Shown here piece after piece: positions 1-10,649 of a DNA stretch of 64,000 nucleotides (positions within the stretch are counted from its first letter, which is position 1; every line of letters starts with the position of its first letter). The stretch lies in the NCBI GenBank assembly GCA_944349515.1, contig CALVNE010000001.1, forward strand, positions 87,232 to 151,231, written 5' to 3'. The notes under the pieces were generated by a model. That model saw only the letters and a list, made by a program, of their open reading frames with translations. It searched no databases and had not been told where the DNA came from. The translations under genes were made by a program, and so were the position numbers. This stretch comes from an uncultured Clostridia bacterium (lineage in GTDB: Bacteria > Bacillota > Clostridia > Christensenellales > UBA1242).

Positions 1-3000
1 GACGTCGTTTTCCTTGGCGACATTCCTTACATGACCGACGATTGCACTTTCATCATCAACGGCGTCGAAAGAGTTGTTGTCAATCAAATTATCAAGTCGC
101 CAAACTATTATCTTCTTCGCGACAAAAATCAAGACAACTCCACGCTTGTTGGGCAGATTATCCCAAAAAGAGGAATGTATATCGAGGTTAAGCAGGGCGC
201 AAACGAAGTTTTAAACATTGTGCTTGATAGGCGCAACCGCATAACGCTTGGCTTGTTCTTAAAGTGCTTTGGCTACACTGCTGACGAGATAAGTAAACTC
301 TTTGGCGACCATAGACTAGTGAAACACGTGCTGGAAAAAGAAACGCAACAAACCCAAGAAGAGGCGCTTTTGGAATTCGCTAGAAAAACAAGACCTGCCG
401 ACGTGCCTTCCGCAGAGACCACAAGAAATTATTTGAATCTTTGGTTCTTCTCTGACCAATATTACAACCTCTCTCGTGTTGGTAGATACAACTTAAACAA
501 AAAGTTATCCATCGCAACGCGTATAACTGGGCAGGTTTCGGCTGAGGACATCGTTACTGAGGACGGCGAAATTTTGGTAAGGACTGGTCAAGAGATTGAC
601 GCTGAAACGGCAAACAAGGTGAAGGCGAGCGGTATCAACGAAGTTTGGCTTCAACTTCCGGATAAAAAATACCTCGTTCGTGGCAATAACCGCGTGAGAC
701 TAAGCGACGTTTTCCCTTGCGACGAGAAGGAACTTGGCATTTTGGAGGAGGTTTACTATCCTGTTCTCAAACAAATTTTGAAGGACAATAAGTCCAAAGA
801 AAAGAGAATGCAAGTAATTCGTGAGCGCGCAAAGGACCTTATGATAACCACCCTCACCATGGACGATATTTTAGCTTCTATAAGTATGTATCTCGACGTA
901 CTAGAGGGCATTGCAAAGACGGATAAAATTGAGCACCTTTCTAATAAGAGAATAGCAACGTGCGGAGAACTCTTCTATGATCACTTCCGCTCGGGCATAA
1001 CAAAACTTGTTTCAAATGTTAGAGAAACCTTGCAAGGTAAGGAACTTTCCGAGGTAACTCCGCGTCAAATCGTCAACCCGAAGGCGGTAAATAGGGCGCT
1101 ACGCGATTTCGTGGCAACTTCGCAACTTTCGCAGTTTATGGACCAAGTGAATCCGCTTTCCGGTATCACACAAAAGCGCCGTGTTTCGGCTGTCGGTCCT
1201 GGCGGTATCAGAAAGGAAAGAGCGGACGCTGAAGTGCGCGATATTCACTACACCAACTACGGCCGTATCTGCCCTATTGAGACTCCAGAAGGTCAGGCAA
1301 TCGGACTTGTTAACACCATGACAAGTTACGCAAAAATTAACGAGTATGGCTTTCTTGAAACACCTTATCGAAAGGTGGATAAAGAGACTGGAAAGGTTTC
1401 GGATAAGTGCGAATATTATATGGCAGACATCGAAGACACGGCATATATCGCGCAAGCAACCGAGCCACTCGACGAAGAGGGAAGATTTGTCAACAAGAGA
1501 GTTATCTGTCGTCACAAGGACTATGTTGTTGATGTTCCGGCAAGACAGGTTGACTTTGTGGATGCTTCTCCGCGTCAATTCATCTCCGTTGCCACCTCGC
1601 TTATTCCTTTCCTTAACTCCAACGAGGCTAACCGTGCGTTGATGGGTGCAAACATGCAGAGGCAGGCAGTTCCTCTTCTAAGACCGGAAAGCCCGGTTGT
1701 GGGAACGGGTATGGAAGAGGTGGTAGCGCGTGATTCCGGCTACTGCACACTCGCTAAAAACGCCGGCGTTGTGGAATATGTAAGTGCTGACGAGGTTAGA
1801 GTGAAAAATAACGAGGGGACGGTTGATATTTATCCTCTCACAAAATTTGAAAAGACCAATGACGAAACTTGCATTAACCAAAAACCTTGCGTAAAGAAGG
1901 GCGAAAAGGTTAAGAAGGGCGATGTCATAATCGACGGGTATTCTTGCGAAAACGGCGAACTTGCGCTTGGTAAAAACGTGCTTGTTGGCTATATGAACTG
2001 GGAAGGGTACAACTTCGAGGACGCTATCATCATAAACGAGAGGCTGGTTAAAGACGATGTTTACACCTCTATCTGCCTCAAAGTGGAAGAACTTAAATGC
2101 CGAACCACCAAACTTGGCGACGAACAGATTACGCGTGACATTCCAAACCTTGGCGAAGAGGCACTTAAAAACCTCGACGAGAACGGCATTATCCGCGTGG
2201 GCGCCGAGGTTAGACCGGGTGATATCCTTGTTGGTAAGGTTTCACCTAAGGGCGAAACGGAACTTAGTCCTGAAGAGCGACTTCTTCGCGCTATCTTCGG
2301 CGAGAAAGCGAGAGAGGTTAGAGATACTTCCCTTCGCGTGCAACATGGTAAGGGCGGTATTGTTGTGGACGTTCAAGTGTTCTCGCGTAAGAATAAAGAC
2401 GAACTTGAACCGGGCGTCAACGAACTTGTGAAAGTTTTCATTGCACAAAAGAGAAAACTCTCCGTCGGCGACAAGATGAGCGGTCGTTACGGCAATAAGG
2501 GCGTTGTTTCCATTGTTTTGCCAGAGGCAGATATGCCGTTCATGGCGAACGGAAAACCGCTTGACATTGTGCTTAACCCGTTGGGCGTGCCGGCGCGTAT
2601 GAATTTAGGACAGGTACTAGAGGTGCATTTAGGGCTTGTTGCCGGAAGTTTAGGTTGGAAGGTGGCAACTCCGGCGTTCGACGGCGCAGATGTGAATTCC
2701 ATTAAGGAACTTTTGAAAGAAAACAACTTCCCAGAGGACGGCAAAGCGCAACTCTATGACGGTAGAACGGGCGAGCCTTTCGACAACAAAACGACCATTG
2801 GAATTAAGTATATGCTTAAACTTAACCACATGGTTGACAGCAAAGTGCACGCGCGTTCAATCGGACCTTACTCACTTATCACACAACAACCTCTCGGCGG
2901 TAAGGCGTTGTTCGGCGGTCAGAGATTCGGCGAAATGGAAGTTTGGGCGCTTGAGGCGTACGGCGCAAGCCATGTTCTTCAAGAAATGCTCACTGTGAAA

Positions 3001-3381
3001 TCCGACGATGTGACCGGGCGTGTTAGAACCTTCGAGGCAATCGTGAAGGGCGAACCGATATCCGAGCCGGGCATTCCAGAGTCCTTCAAAGTTTTGGTAA
3101 AAGAATTGCAAGCACTTGCGCTTGATGTGAAGATTTTAACCGAAAACGACGAGGAAATCGACTTGCCAGAACTCTCACAAGACGAACACGATAAACCTTC
3201 CATGGCTCAAGATGTTGAGAAAGACCTAAAGAACGTCACAATCGACCTAGACGAACTTATTAATAGTGACGGCGAGGAAGAAAAGAAGAGCGATATTGAA
3301 GAGGCTATCGACGAGCAAACGTCCACACAAGGCATTGATGATATTGATTTGTTCGATGATTTTGGGGACTTTGAAGAGTAA
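1..3381 (+). CDS. rpoB: DNA-directed RNA polymerase subunit beta (5' end lies outside the window)
   Basis: Frame 1 is open from nt 1 (DVVFLGDIPYMTDDCTFIINGVERVVV). RpoB hallmarks are present: GPGGIRKERA, NMQRQAVP, SGRYGNKGVVS, GGQRFGEMEVWALEAYGA. The C-terminal tail is acidic. Confidence 0.97.
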   Translation, partial: DVVFLGDIPYMTDDCTFIINGVERVVVNQIIKSPNYYLLRDKNQDNSTLVGQIIPKRGMYIEVKQGANEVLNIVLDRRNRITLGLFLKCFGYTADEISKLFGDHRLVKHVLEKETQQTQEEALLEFARKTRPADVPSAETTRNYLNLWFFSDQYYNLSRVGRYNLNKKLSIATRITGQVSAEDIVTEDGEILVRTGQEIDAETANKVKASGINEVWLQLPDKKYLVRGNNRVRLSDVFPCDEKELGILEEVYYPVLKQILKDNKSKEKRMQVIRERAKDLMITTLTMDDILASISMYLDVLEGIAKTDKIEHLSNKRIATCGELFYDHFRSGITKLVSNVRETLQGKELSEVTPRQIVNPKAVNRALRDFVATSQLSQFMDQVNPLSGITQKRRVSAVGPGGIRKERADAEVRDIHYTNYGRICPIETPEGQAIGLVNTMTSYAKINEYGFLETPYRKVDKETGKVSDKCEYYMADIEDTAYIAQATEPLDEEGRFVNKRVICRHKDYVVDVPARQVDFVDASPRQFISVATSLIPFLNSNEANRALMGANMQRQAVPLLRPESPVVGTGMEEVVARDSGYCTLAKNAGVVEYVSADEVRVKNNEGTVDIYPLTKFEKTNDETCINQKPCVKKGEKVKKGDVIIDGYSCENGELALGKNVLVGYMNWEGYNFEDAIIINERLVKDDVYTSICLKVEELKCRTTKLGDEQITRDIPNLGEEALKNLDENGIIRVGAEVRPGDILVGKVSPKGETELSPEERLLRAIFGEKAREVRDTSLRVQHGKGGIVVDVQVFSRKNKDELEPGVNELVKVFIAQKRKLSVGDKMSGRYGNKGVVSIVLPEADMPFMANGKPLDIVLNPLGVPARMNLGQVLEVHLGLVAGSLGWKVATPAFDGADVNSIKELLKENNFPEDGKAQLYDGRTGEPFDNKTTIGIKYMLKLNHMVDSKVHARSIGPYSLITQQPLGGKALFGGQRFGEMEVWALEAYGASHVLQEMLTVKSDDVTGRVRTFEAIVKGEPISEPGIPESFKVLVKELQALALDVKILTENDEEIDLPELSQDEHDKPSMAQDVEKDLKNVTIDLDELINSDGEEEKKSDIEEAIDEQTSTQGIDDIDLFDDFGDFEE

Positions 3382-3394
3382 TTAACTTTTCTAG

Positions 3395-3483
3395 TGTAGA
3401 AAAGCTACAAAAGACGCCGGGGAGTTTCGATTCTCCCCGGAGCCCCTGCAAACGACTTACTTTAAAAAAGTAAGCAAAAAGTG
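3395..3483 (+). repeat. Copy 1 of a ~90-nt three-hairpin module, in the rpoB 3' UTR
   Basis: Hairpin A: TGTAG-aaaag-CTACA (3395-3409). Hairpin B: CCGGGGAG-tttcgatt-CTCCCCGG (3417-3440). Hairpin C: CTTACTTT-aaa-AAAGTAAG (3456-3474). About 75 nt are near-identical to 3631-3706. Confidence 0.8.
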
Positions 3484-3558
3484 AGAAAATAAACTTATTG
3501 TTTAGATATAATCAACCTTTCAGTTTTAAGTTTTAAATTATAGGTTAAAATTTTAATA

Positions 3559-3587
3559 TTGACATTCAAAAATGTAGGGTATATAAT
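3559..3587 (+). promoter_or_regulatory. Sigma-A type promoter, TTGACA-17-TATAAT
   Basis: TTGACA at 3559-3564, an exact 17-nt spacer, and TATAAT at 3582-3587. It lies between the two module copies. Confidence 0.6.
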
Positions 3588-3613
3588 AAATGCAAGACTA
3601 AAATTTAAACTTT

Positions 3614-3707
3614 TGTAGCGCCCAAAAGTTACAAAAGACATTGGGGAGTTTCGATTCTCCCCGGAGCCCCTGCAAACGACTTACTTTAAAAAAGTAAGCA
3701 AAAGTGG
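3614..3707 (+). repeat. Copy 2 of the three-hairpin module, in the 5' UTR of the orphan ORF
   Basis: It has the same three hairpins as copy 1. In stem B, CC becomes TT, which still pairs as U.G with the 3' GG. In stem A, CTACA becomes TTACA, which pairs as G.U. Confidence 0.8.
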
Positions 3708-3909
3708 TGTTTTTAAATTAAGAAATTGTTAAAAACAAAAAAAATATATTAACTGTTTGTTGTGGCAAAAAAGGATAGGATTTATACAAGCAACCTACTT
3801 TTTAGAAAAGCAAGCAAAGCGGTTGGCTAAACTTAATTTTAAAAAACTTTTGTTTTTGAGAGTTTAAATGGGTTAGGTTGGAATTATTTTGAACAAAGGA
3901 GGATAGGTG

Positions 3910-4350
3910 ATGGAACTGAATTCGCATGATAAGGTTTTCATACGAGTTTTTGATGTTGAAAAGGGCCGGTGTTTTACCCATTACCACCCGCGCGACAAGG
4001 TGTTTACCTACTTTTCCTCCGACGATGTGTTTGAAGAGTTTAAAGAGAGCGAAGGTAAATCGTTCCTACCCTCCGAACACATGAAGCCTAAAAAGCAAAC
4101 CATGCAAACAATATACTGTAGCCAAAGAACAGAAGATTTTTTGAAAGACCGTTTTGATGAATATGTGGAAAATTATCCGTACTTCGGCAGTGAACTAAAG
4201 AAATATTTTCCAAATAAAGTGCCAATTTTTGGCGAGAATTATACCGAATATCAACTTATGCATTTCATGATGTTTGTGGAAACAGAGATTGACAAGTGCG
4301 AACGGCGCTCTCGCGAGGTGATTCTTAACGAAAACAGTCGCGTGCTGTGA
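3910..4350 (+). CDS. Hypothetical protein (146 aa) inserted between rpoB and rpoC
   Basis: AAGGAGG at 3896-3902 lies 7 nt before the ATG at 3910. The ORF is clean. I recognise no family. Confidence 0.6.
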   Translation: MELNSHDKVFIRVFDVEKGRCFTHYHPRDKVFTYFSSDDVFEEFKESEGKSFLPSEHMKPKKQTMQTIYCSQRTEDFLKDRFDEYVENYPYFGSELKKYFPNKVPIFGENYTEYQLMHFMMFVETEIDKCERRSREVILNENSRVL

Positions 4351-4450
4351 TATCAAAGGTTTAACCTTATGAAGATGTACTTTTAGAAAAAATTAGTTAA
4401 AACATTTGCACAAATGAGGATATATACAAATTTATTTTTAGGGGATTGTT

Positions 4451-7400
4451 ATGTTTGAACTTAATAACTTTGAAAAAATTAAAATTGGGCTTGCTTCGCC
4501 AGAGAAGATTAGAGAATGGTCTCATGGTGAGGTGACAAAGCCGGAAACTATCAACTATCGCACGCAAAAGCCAGAAAAGGACGGCTTGTTCTGCGAGAGA
4601 ATTTTCGGACCTAAGAAGGACTGGGAATGCCACTGCGGTAAGTATAAGAAAATTCGCTATCGTGGCGTTATCTGCGATAAGTGTGGCGTAGAGGTGACGC
4701 GTAGCAAGGTGCGCCGTGAAAGAATGGGGCATATTGAACTTGCTTGCCCAGTTACCCACCTTTGGTATTTCAGAACGGTGCCATCTCGCATTGGTATGCT
4801 TCTTGACCTTACTCCAAAAACCTTGGAGCAAGTGGTTTATTATATCAATTACATCGTAACAGACCCTAAATCTACCGACCTTGAATACAAACAAATTTTG
4901 AACGATAAAGAATATCGCGACGCCATTGAAAAATACGGTGCGGGCAGTTTTGAGGCTGGCATGGGCGCTGAGGCTATTAAGAAACTTCTTGGCGATGTTG
5001 ACCTTGAAAGAGAGGCGAAGGAGTTAAAAGAGGAACTTAAAAACTCTAAGGGTCAAAGAAAAATTAAGGCGGCTAAGAAACTTGATATCGTTGAGTCGTT
5101 TAGAAAGAGTGGAAACAACCCAACTTGGATGGTGCTTGATGTTATCCCTGTCCTTCCACCAGACCTTCGTCCTATGGTGCCACTCGACGGCGGAAGATAT
5201 GCCACAAGTGATTTGAACGACCTATACCGCAGAGTTATCAACAGAAATAACCGCTTGAAAAAACTTATCGAACTTGGCGCGCCAGATGTCATCTGCCGTA
5301 ACGAAAAAAGAATGCTTCAAGAGGCGGTTGACAATCTTATCGACAACGGTAAGCGCGGTAAGGCCGTTCAAGGCTCAAAGCAAAGAGATTTGAAGTCGCT
5401 TTCCGCTATGCTCAGCGGTAAGCAAGGGCGCTTCAGGCAAAACCTTCTTGGTAAGCGTGTCGACTACTCCGGCCGTTCGGTTATCGTGGTTGGACCAGAA
5501 CTTAAAATTTATCAGTGCGGACTTCCTAAAGAAATGGCACTTGAACTTTTCAAGCCTTTCATTATGAACAGACTTGTTGAAATGAATTTAACAAACAACA
5601 TCAAAACCGCAAAGCGCATGATTGAGCGCGAAAAACCGGTTGTTTGGGATATCCTTGCTGACGTCATAAAAGACCACCCAGTGCTTTTAAACCGCGCTCC
5701 GACTTTGCACCGTCTTTCTGTGCAAGCGTTCGAACCGGTGCTTGTTGAGGGCAAGGCGATAAAACTTCACCCGTCCGCGTGCGCCGCTTTCAACGCTGAC
5801 TTCGACGGCGACCAAATGCCTGTTCATATTCCACTTTCTATTGACGCTAGAACAGAGGCAAGAACTTTGATGCTTGCTTCGAATAACATCTTAAAACTTT
5901 CCGACGGCGAGGCGATTGTCAGCCCGTCGCAGGATATCGTGCTTGGCTGTTACTATTTGACTCTTGTGCGTCCGGGGGCTAAGGGCGAAGGGAGCATTTA
6001 TGCGTCTAGAAACGAGATGATTTATGCTTATCAAACCAAAAATCTTGACCTTCAAGCGGAGTGCACCGTTCGTCTTACCAAAACATATAATGGCAAGACC
6101 TACACCAAGCGCGTGACAACCACCGTGGGTAGGGTGCTATTTAACAACATTATTCCGCAAGACCTTGGCTATGTTGACAGAACAAAAGAGGAGAACATCT
6201 GCGAACTTGAAATCAACAAGCCGGTTATGAAGAATGAACTTAAAAACCTTGTCGGCGATGTATACGACAAGTTTGGCACCACCGCAACGGCGGAACTTGT
6301 TGATAACCTCAAAGAAATTGGATATAAATATTCCACACTCGCTTCTATCTCTGTCAACATTTATGACATAGAGGAGCCAAAAGAGAAAAAAGAGATTATG
6401 AAAGAGGCTGAGGACCAAGTACTTGAAAATGAAAAACTTTTGAACCGTGGTCTTATCACCTTGAACGAAAAATTGGATGCTAACATCGACATTTGGAAGC
6501 ATGCGGTTAATGAAGTACAAGATGCGGTTGTGAAGTCTCTCGACCAATTCAACCCATTTTCACTTATGGTGCTTTCTGGCGCGCGTGGTAACACAGTGCA
6601 GTTGAACAGTGACTGCGGTATGATTGGTATTAAATCAACGGCTTCCGGAACAAAGATTGACACACCTATCAAGTCCTCGTTTAGGCAAGGGCTTACTCCT
6701 ATTGAGTATTTCGTCAACTCTCGTGGTTCCAGAAAAGGTTTGTCCGACACGGCGCTTAAAACCGCTGACTCCGGTTATCTCACAAGAAGACTTGTTGATG
6801 TTGCGCAAGATGTTGTGATAACAAGTGAAGACTGCTTTGCAGAAACCGGCGAGAAGATTAAGGGCGTCACTGTCACTGACCTTGTAACCGACGGTTTCGT
6901 TCAAGAGACTTTGGCGGAGAGAATCTATGGCCGTGTTGCAGTTGAAGATATTGTAAACCCTAAGACGAAAGAGATTATCGTTCGCTCCAACGAGATGATA
7001 ACGAAAGAGCAAGCAAGTGCCATCACAAAGGCGGGCATTAAGGAAGTTCAAATCCGCTCGCTCATCACTTGCCGTTGCAAGCACGGCGTTTGTGCTAAGT
7101 GCTATGGCAGAAATATGGCTGGAAAGGATATTGTTTCGCTTGGTGAAGCGGTTGGTATCATTGCCGCTCAGTCTATCGGCGAACCGGGTACCCAACTTAC
7201 CATGAGAACCTTCCACACCGGTGGTTCCGCGGTGGCTGCCGACATCACTCAAGGTTTGCCGAGAGTTGAGGAAATCTTTGAGGCAAGAAAACCTAAGGGC
7301 GAGTGCTTGCTTTCCGAAGTGTCTGGTAAAGTTCATATCAGAGAGGACGCTAAAAATTACACCATTACCATTTTGACCGGCGAAGGCGACATTGATTACG

Positions 7401-7981
7401 AGGTTAGAAAGCCGGCAGTTTTGAAGGTGAAAGAGGGCGAGAGCGTTGAACCGGGCACGCAGTTAACAGGCGGCGCAATCAACCCAACCGACCTCTTGCG
7501 CACTAAGGGTCTTAAAGGACTTGAGCAATACCTCTTAAGCGAAGTTATTAAAGTTTATCGTGGGCAGGACGTTAAGGTTAACGATAAGCACATTGAAATT
7601 ATCATTCGTCAGATGCTGAAAAAAGTTAAGATTGAGGACTCTGGCGACACCAACTTGTTGACAGGCGAAATTGTTGACATCTCGCACTGCGACGAAGAGA
7701 ATGAGAGAGTGTTAAGAGAGGGTGGACGCCCAGCCATTGCAAGAAGAATGCTTCTCGGCATCACAAGGGCGGCGCTCATGACGGAATCTTTCCTATCTTC
7801 CTCTTCCTTCCAGGAGACATCAAGAGTGCTTACCGACGCGGCGCTTAAGGGCAAGGTGGATAACCTTGTTGGTATCAAAGAAAATGTCATCATCGGTAAA
7901 CTTATCCCAGCGGGTACCGGACTTAAAAAATATCGTTCGGTTGTGCCTGTTAAGGTGGATAGCGAAGAAACAGCAATTTAA
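4451..7981 (+). CDS. rpoC: DNA-directed RNA polymerase subunit beta'
   Basis: 1176 aa. It has a zinc-finger [23 protein letters not shown], the catalytic NADFDGDQM motif, and the conserved C-terminal GKLIPAGTG. Confidence 0.98.
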   Translation: MFELNNFEKIKIGLASPEKIREWSHGEVTKPETINYRTQKPEKDGLFCERIFGPKKDWECHCGKYKKIRYRGVICDKCGVEVTRSKVRRERMGHIELACPVTHLWYFRTVPSRIGMLLDLTPKTLEQVVYYINYIVTDPKSTDLEYKQILNDKEYRDAIEKYGAGSFEAGMGAEAIKKLLGDVDLEREAKELKEELKNSKGQRKIKAAKKLDIVESFRKSGNNPTWMVLDVIPVLPPDLRPMVPLDGGRYATSDLNDLYRRVINRNNRLKKLIELGAPDVICRNEKRMLQEAVDNLIDNGKRGKAVQGSKQRDLKSLSAMLSGKQGRFRQNLLGKRVDYSGRSVIVVGPELKIYQCGLPKEMALELFKPFIMNRLVEMNLTNNIKTAKRMIEREKPVVWDILADVIKDHPVLLNRAPTLHRLSVQAFEPVLVEGKAIKLHPSACAAFNADFDGDQMPVHIPLSIDARTEARTLMLASNNILKLSDGEAIVSPSQDIVLGCYYLTLVRPGAKGEGSIYASRNEMIYAYQTKNLDLQAECTVRLTKTYNGKTYTKRVTTTVGRVLFNNIIPQDLGYVDRTKEENICELEINKPVMKNELKNLVGDVYDKFGTTATAELVDNLKEIGYKYSTLASISVNIYDIEEPKEKKEIMKEAEDQVLENEKLLNRGLITLNEKLDANIDIWKHAVNEVQDAVVKSLDQFNPFSLMVLSGARGNTVQLNSDCGMIGIKSTASGTKIDTPIKSSFRQGLTPIEYFVNSRGSRKGLSDTALKTADSGYLTRRLVDVAQDVVITSEDCFAETGEKIKGVTVTDLVTDGFVQETLAERIYGRVAVEDIVNPKTKEIIVRSNEMITKEQASAITKAGIKEVQIRSLITCRCKHGVCAKCYGRNMAGKDIVSLGEAVGIIAAQSIGEPGTQLTMRTFHTGGSAVAADITQGLPRVEEIFEARKPKGECLLSEVSGKVHIREDAKNYTITILTGEGDIDYEVRKPAVLKVKEGESVEPGTQLTGGAINPTDLLRTKGLKGLEQYLLSEVIKVYRGQDVKVNDKHIEIIIRQMLKKVKIEDSGDTNLLTGEIVDISHCDEENERVLREGGRPAIARRMLLGITRAALMTESFLSSSSFQETSRVLTDAALKGKVDNLVGIKENVIIGKLIPAGTGLKKYRSVVPVKVDSEETAI

Positions 7982-8026
7982 GATCACTCGTTAAATTAAA
8001 AAATAGTTTAATTTAGCAAAAACTTA

Positions 8027-8076
8027 AAAAAATAGCCATTTTTTACGATTTTTTCTTAAAATTTGGCTATTTTTTT
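8027..8076 (+). terminator. Possible rpoC terminator (large-loop hairpin plus T-run)
   Basis: AAAAAATAGCCA (8027-8038) pairs with TGGCTATTTTTT (8064-8076). The loop is long, so this call is weak. Confidence 0.35.
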
Positions 8077-8419
8077 ATTTATAAAGGATATTTTAGACAC
8101 ATTTTACATTGAAAGTTTTTTATTTTTATAACTTTTCGGCGTGATAAGTTTTGTATAATTTTGCTCTATTGTGCTTTATTCGCATATTTATTTTGAAAGT
8201 GTGTGATTTTCCGTCTAATTGAGTGCTAAAAGACCTCATTCTATAAAATGATACAAACTTTATAAAAAAATGGTAAAAATTTGATAAAATACTGAATTTT
8301 TTTGAAGTTTTATTTTTTTTAAACTTTTCGGCAAGTTAAATTTTTCATCAACTTTGCCAGGTATTGACAAAATTTGCGGAGGTGTGTTAAAATATAGATA
8401 GTTAGTTTTGGAGGGGCGT

Positions 8420-8842
8420 ATGGACTATATCAGTATGAAGAAAGATGATGACGTTTTGGAATTTCTCTATAAGGCAGTTAAAGAAAATCAGAAGTGCGCT
8501 ATCTACCTCACGCCGGATATGGCGGTAAAACTTCTCGACTATGCGCGCACAAGAAAGGCGTATTCTCCAGAAAATGACAAGATGATTGGCGATGACACCA
8601 TTTTAAGATGTTTTATGTTTGATGACGGTTTCGGAACCGCTGTGGAAGTGAACATCAGACAGAACTTCCAAGATAGATCGCGATATCTTTTGGATTTTTT
8701 CAAATATCACTCCGACGCTCACACCTTTAGTTATTCCTATAACAGGAACTATGAAAAGGCGCACGTGGTCACCGAAAGCGAATATTCCACGCGCAAAGAA
8801 GTCGTCATCGGCGATAAACCCTATGTGAAAGAGAAGAATTAA
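8420..8842 (+). CDS. Hypothetical protein (140 aa)
   Basis: GGAGG lies just upstream of the ATG at 8420. The promoter is TTGACA (8364) with an extended -10 TGtTAAAAT. I recognise no family. Confidence 0.55.
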   Translation: MDYISMKKDDDVLEFLYKAVKENQKCAIYLTPDMAVKLLDYARTRKAYSPENDKMIGDDTILRCFMFDDGFGTAVEVNIRQNFQDRSRYLLDFFKYHSDAHTFSYSYNRNYEKAHVVTESEYSTRKEVVIGDKPYVKEKN

Positions 8843-8850
8843 TTAAAAAA

Positions 8851-8879
8851 GTTGGCTTTAAATGTAGCCAACTTTTTTG
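8851..8879 (+). terminator. Rho-independent terminator
   Basis: GTTGGCT-ttaaatgt-AGCCAAC is followed by TTTTTT. Confidence 0.7.
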
Positions 8880-9082
8880 TGCTATCTAAAAAACTGCAAA
8901 TTATTTATACCATTATAGACATTAGCAATCAGATTATAGTATTTTTAAACATATTAACGGTCATTTGGCTATAAGCAATAAAAATTTATTTTAAGGATTG
9001 TTTATAAGCAATTAATTTAGGTGCGCAAGTTAAGAGTTTAAATATGCTTGCCCGGTGGCAATAAGTTTTTGCGTAATTTTGC

Positions 9083-10375
9083 CTACTTTTTATCCACCGG
9101 CACGATTACTTTCTTTCCACCCATGTATTTTTGAAGAACCTCTGGCACAAGCACGCTTCCGTCCGCTTGAAGGTTGTTTTCAAGTAATGCTATGAGTGCG
9201 CGGGTGGAGGCAAGCACGGTGTTATTGAGGGTGTGGGCGTAGTAGTTGCCCTTTTCGCCTTTCACTCTTATGCCAAGGCGCCTTGCCTGCGCGTCGCCAA
9301 GCGTGGAACAAGAGCCAACTTCAAAATACTTCCTTTGGCGCGGGCTCCAAGCCTCTACATCGCAACTTTTAACCTTCAAATCGGCTAAATCGCCACTGCA
9401 ACACTCCAGCGTGCGAACAGGTATGTTCATGTTGCGGAAAATTTCCACGGTGTAACTCCACATTTTGTTGTACCACTCCATGCTCTCTTCAGGCTTGCAG
9501 ATGACAATCATCTCTTGCTTTTCAAATTGGTGAACGCGATATATTCCGCGCTCCTCAATGCCGTGCGCTCCAACTTCCTTACGGAAACATGGACTGTATG
9601 AGGTCATAGTTATTGGCAATTCTTTTTCATTTATTATTTGATTTTTAAATTTGCCTATCATGCTATGTTCGCTTGTGCCGATTAAAAATAAGTCCTCTCC
9701 TTCAATCTTATACATCATGGCGTCCATCTCAGCAAAACTCATAACACCATTGACAACATCACTTCTAATCATAAATGGCGGTATGCAGTAGATAAAGCCC
9801 TTTTCAATCATATAGTCGCGGGCGTAGTTAATCATGGCGCTCACTAAGCGCGCCGGGTCACCCATGAGATAGTAAAAGCCATTACCGCTTGTTCTGCCCG
9901 CACTTTCCTTATCTAAACCATTAAATCTTTTCAATATGTCGGCGTGATATGGAATTTCAAAGTTTGGCACTTTCGGCTCGCCAAACCGCTCAATCTCCAC
10001 ATTTTCGCTGTCGTCCTTGCCGATTGGCACGCTCTTGTCGATGATGTTTGGAATGGTCATCATGATTTTTTTGATTTTTTCGCTGATAACCTCTTCTTCC
10101 TTTTCAATTTCGGCAATGCGTTCATTATTTTTCTTGACGGTTTCTTTAATTTTGTTTGCCTCGGTCACCTTTTTTTCGCGCATGAGTTTGCCTATTTGTT
10201 CGCTCAAACTGTTGCGGAAGGCGCGTAAGTTGTCGACCTCTTGTTTAAGGGCGCGGTTTTGCTTGTCTAAAGCCTCCACTTCGTCTACAAGTGGCAGTTT
10301 TTCATCTTGAAATTTCTTTTTGATATTCTCTTTCACAAGTTCTTTGTTTGTTCTAATAAGGTTTATGTCAATCAT
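9083..10375 (-). CDS. serS: Seryl-tRNA synthetase
   Basis: 430 aa with the N-terminal coiled-coil MIDINLIRTNKELVKENI and a class II core. The RBS is GAGGAG before the ATG. Confidence 0.93.
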   Translation of the reverse strand: MIDINLIRTNKELVKENIKKKFQDEKLPLVDEVEALDKQNRALKQEVDNLRAFRNSLSEQIGKLMREKKVTEANKIKETVKKNNERIAEIEKEEEVISEKIKKIMMTIPNIIDKSVPIGKDDSENVEIERFGEPKVPNFEIPYHADILKRFNGLDKESAGRTSGNGFYYLMGDPARLVSAMINYARDYMIEKGFIYCIPPFMIRSDVVNGVMSFAEMDAMMYKIEGEDLFLIGTSEHSMIGKFKNQIINEKELPITMTSYSPCFRKEVGAHGIEERGIYRVHQFEKQEMIVICKPEESMEWYNKMWSYTVEIFRNMNIPVRTLECCSGDLADLKVKSCDVEAWSPRQRKYFEVGSCSTLGDAQARRLGIRVKGEKGNYYAHTLNNTVLASTRALIALLENNLQADGSVLVPEVLQKYMGGKKVIVPVDKK

Positions 10376-10602
10376 ATTTTCTCCTCATATCTATTTTAGT
10401 CCTTTGCGCGTGAAAAAGCAAGTTTTTTGCGAAATTATATGAAAAACCTCTCTTTTCAGACTTTTTTTACTTAAAGTTGCCCAAAAAAATAAAATAAAGA
10501 GCAATTTTTACTAAAATTTCTTCAACAATTAACGTGTCACTTAAAATCTTTTGCATAAATATTGAAAAAAATTAATTTTTATAAATATTTTCATTTTTTT
10601 GT

Positions 10603-10631
10603 TTGACTTTTTTTATTTAAAACGATAGAAT
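10603..10631 (+). promoter_or_regulatory. Promoter, TTGACT-17-TAGAAT
   Basis: The box spacing is exact. It lies about 20 nt upstream of the ftsA start. Confidence 0.5.
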
Positions 10632-10649
10632 ATAGTTAAAAGAGGGGTT

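Noticed and set aside
3417-3450. tRNA-like T-arm (GGGGAGTTTCGATTCTCCCC) suggesting a tRNA gene or att site in the rpoB-rpoC spacer.
   Set aside because: The loop is 8 nt rather than 7. No acceptor, D or anticodon arms can be built around it. It is treated as part of the duplicated hairpin module instead.
1099-7893. Numerous antisense or out-of-frame ORFs in the track inside rpoB and rpoC. The same applies to those inside serS, ftsZ, glmS, fusA, tuf, alaS, smc and other genes.
   Set aside because: They are shadow ORFs within strongly supported conserved genes. They have no RBS and low-complexity translations.
10376-10649. T-box leaders upstream of serS, and likewise of trpS (38187-38238) and alaS (39226-39444).
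   Set aside because: No T-box consensus (..GGGTGGTACCGCG..) or specifier/antiterminator architecture is visible. The trpS promoter lies only about 18 nt from the ATG, leaving no room for one. The GC-rich element before alaS does not resemble a T-box.
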